Assembly (NCBI RefSeq): GCF_018350175.1
Contig: NC_058368.1
Location: 142,044,001 to 142,108,000, forward strand
From: Felis catus
Taxonomy: Eukaryota
DNA length: 64,000 bases
Direction: 5' to 3'
Position 1 is the stretch's first letter; every line of letters starts with the position of its first letter. The notes under the pieces are model-generated. The model saw only the letters and a list, made by a program, of their open reading frames with translations, had not been told where the DNA came from and did not search any database. The position numbers were made by a program, and so were the translations under genes. Shown here piece by piece: positions 63,178 to 64,000 of this stretch.

Positions 63178-63374
63178 TTTTTTTTTTTTTTTTTAAGTTT
63201 ATTTATTTATTTTGAGAGAGAGCATGAGTGGGGTAGGAACAAAAAGAGAAGGGAGGAGAATCCCAAGCAGGTTCTGCACTGTCAGCATGGTGTCTGACAC
63301 AAGGCTCAAACTCACTAACCATGAGATCATGACCGGAGTCAAAACCAAGAGTTGGACGCTAACCCAGGTGCCCC
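63178..63374 (-). mobile_element. Carnivore SINE, inside a probable MIR remnant
   Basis: TSD tgga(c/t)atgtgctatc. Confidence 0.9.
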
Positions 63375-63666
63375 TGGATATGTGCTATCCTAATATTAAG
63401 TCCCGAGAGCAGAACACCAACTCAACTGGCTTCTACGAATATACAAGTTACCATCATTCACCCAGGTGAATTAATTTCAATTTATTTTTCACATTCCCCA
63501 TCCAAAAATCCAAATACTGTTTATTCTATTTAAGACTATGAACACTTTACTTAGAGCAAAAGAAATCTAGTGATACTTAAGGATCTTATGTCACATTTCA
63601 AAGTAACAAAAAGTATGATTCTTTTACAACAGAAAGAATTATGAAAATTATGAATCAAAACAATAC

Positions 63667-63741
63667 CTCAATATTTTTACTGGCCACATTCTTCACAACA
63701 GCAGGAAACAGTTCAGATGCATTTTTCCCTTTTGCAATCAT
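63667..63741 (-). CDS. AP3B1: AP3B1 coding exon (human exon 3 equivalent), [25 protein letters not shown]
   Basis: Manual minus-strand translation matches the AP-3 beta-1 N-terminal trunk as I recall it; ttcttcag acceptor, GAG|gtattg donor; 75 nt. Confidence 0.97.
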
Positions 63742-64000
63742 CTGAAGAATAAAAGTGGAGTATCAGAGTTGAAATCTTTTATAAATTAGTCTTTTGAAAA
63801 TAAAACATAAATTCTACATACATTAAATATTTAGAAAATTGAATCAGCAAATAAGCTATGGAATTCACAAGCTGAAGTCTTTTTGAATCATTTTACTTAT
63901 CCCAATTATCTGTATCAAAGAACAAATAAAGTCTTGAGTATCAATATAAATATACAAATACACAGACACATTAAAGAAGAAATACATAGTAGTTCAAGAC

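Noticed and set aside
710..63469. Many similar short ORFs (MAQSVKRPTSAQVMIS..., GAPGWRSRLS...) suggesting a peptide family
   Set aside because: These are translations of carnivore SINE copies, not genes.

Overview
Mammalian intronic DNA, almost certainly from a felid (cat family), judged by about 39 tRNA-derived carnivore SINEs of felid type and a cat-type L1 3' end. The whole window lies inside AP3B1 (adaptor protein complex 3, beta-1 subunit) on the minus strand. Five coding exons are present (equivalent to human exons 3-7; 75, 96, 161, 67 and 183 nt). All have AG/GT boundaries and splice in frame to [12 protein letters not shown]...QFVSPWKE. The rest is intron, containing: a disabled processed HMGB1 pseudogene; a near-full-length decayed carnivore L1 nested in an older L1; a large ancient L1 field (48-62 kb) with MER77-like and MER68-like LTRs; another probable solo LTR; MLT1, Tigger2-like, MER3-like and MIR relics; and microsatellites. 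The most striking structures are two stacks of retroposons that reused the same L1-endonuclease target site: four identical 15-bp duplications at 41.35-41.99 kb and three near-identical 16-bp duplications at 50.38-51.71 kb. Also notable are a SINE that appears to carry source-locus 3' flank, two tail-only insertions, and an ~11-kb SINE-free zone with enhancer-like sequence. I found no evidence of a new protein-coding system. Repeat family names come from my recollection of consensus sequences, not from a database search, and repeat boundaries are approximate unless a target-site duplication (TSD) is given.
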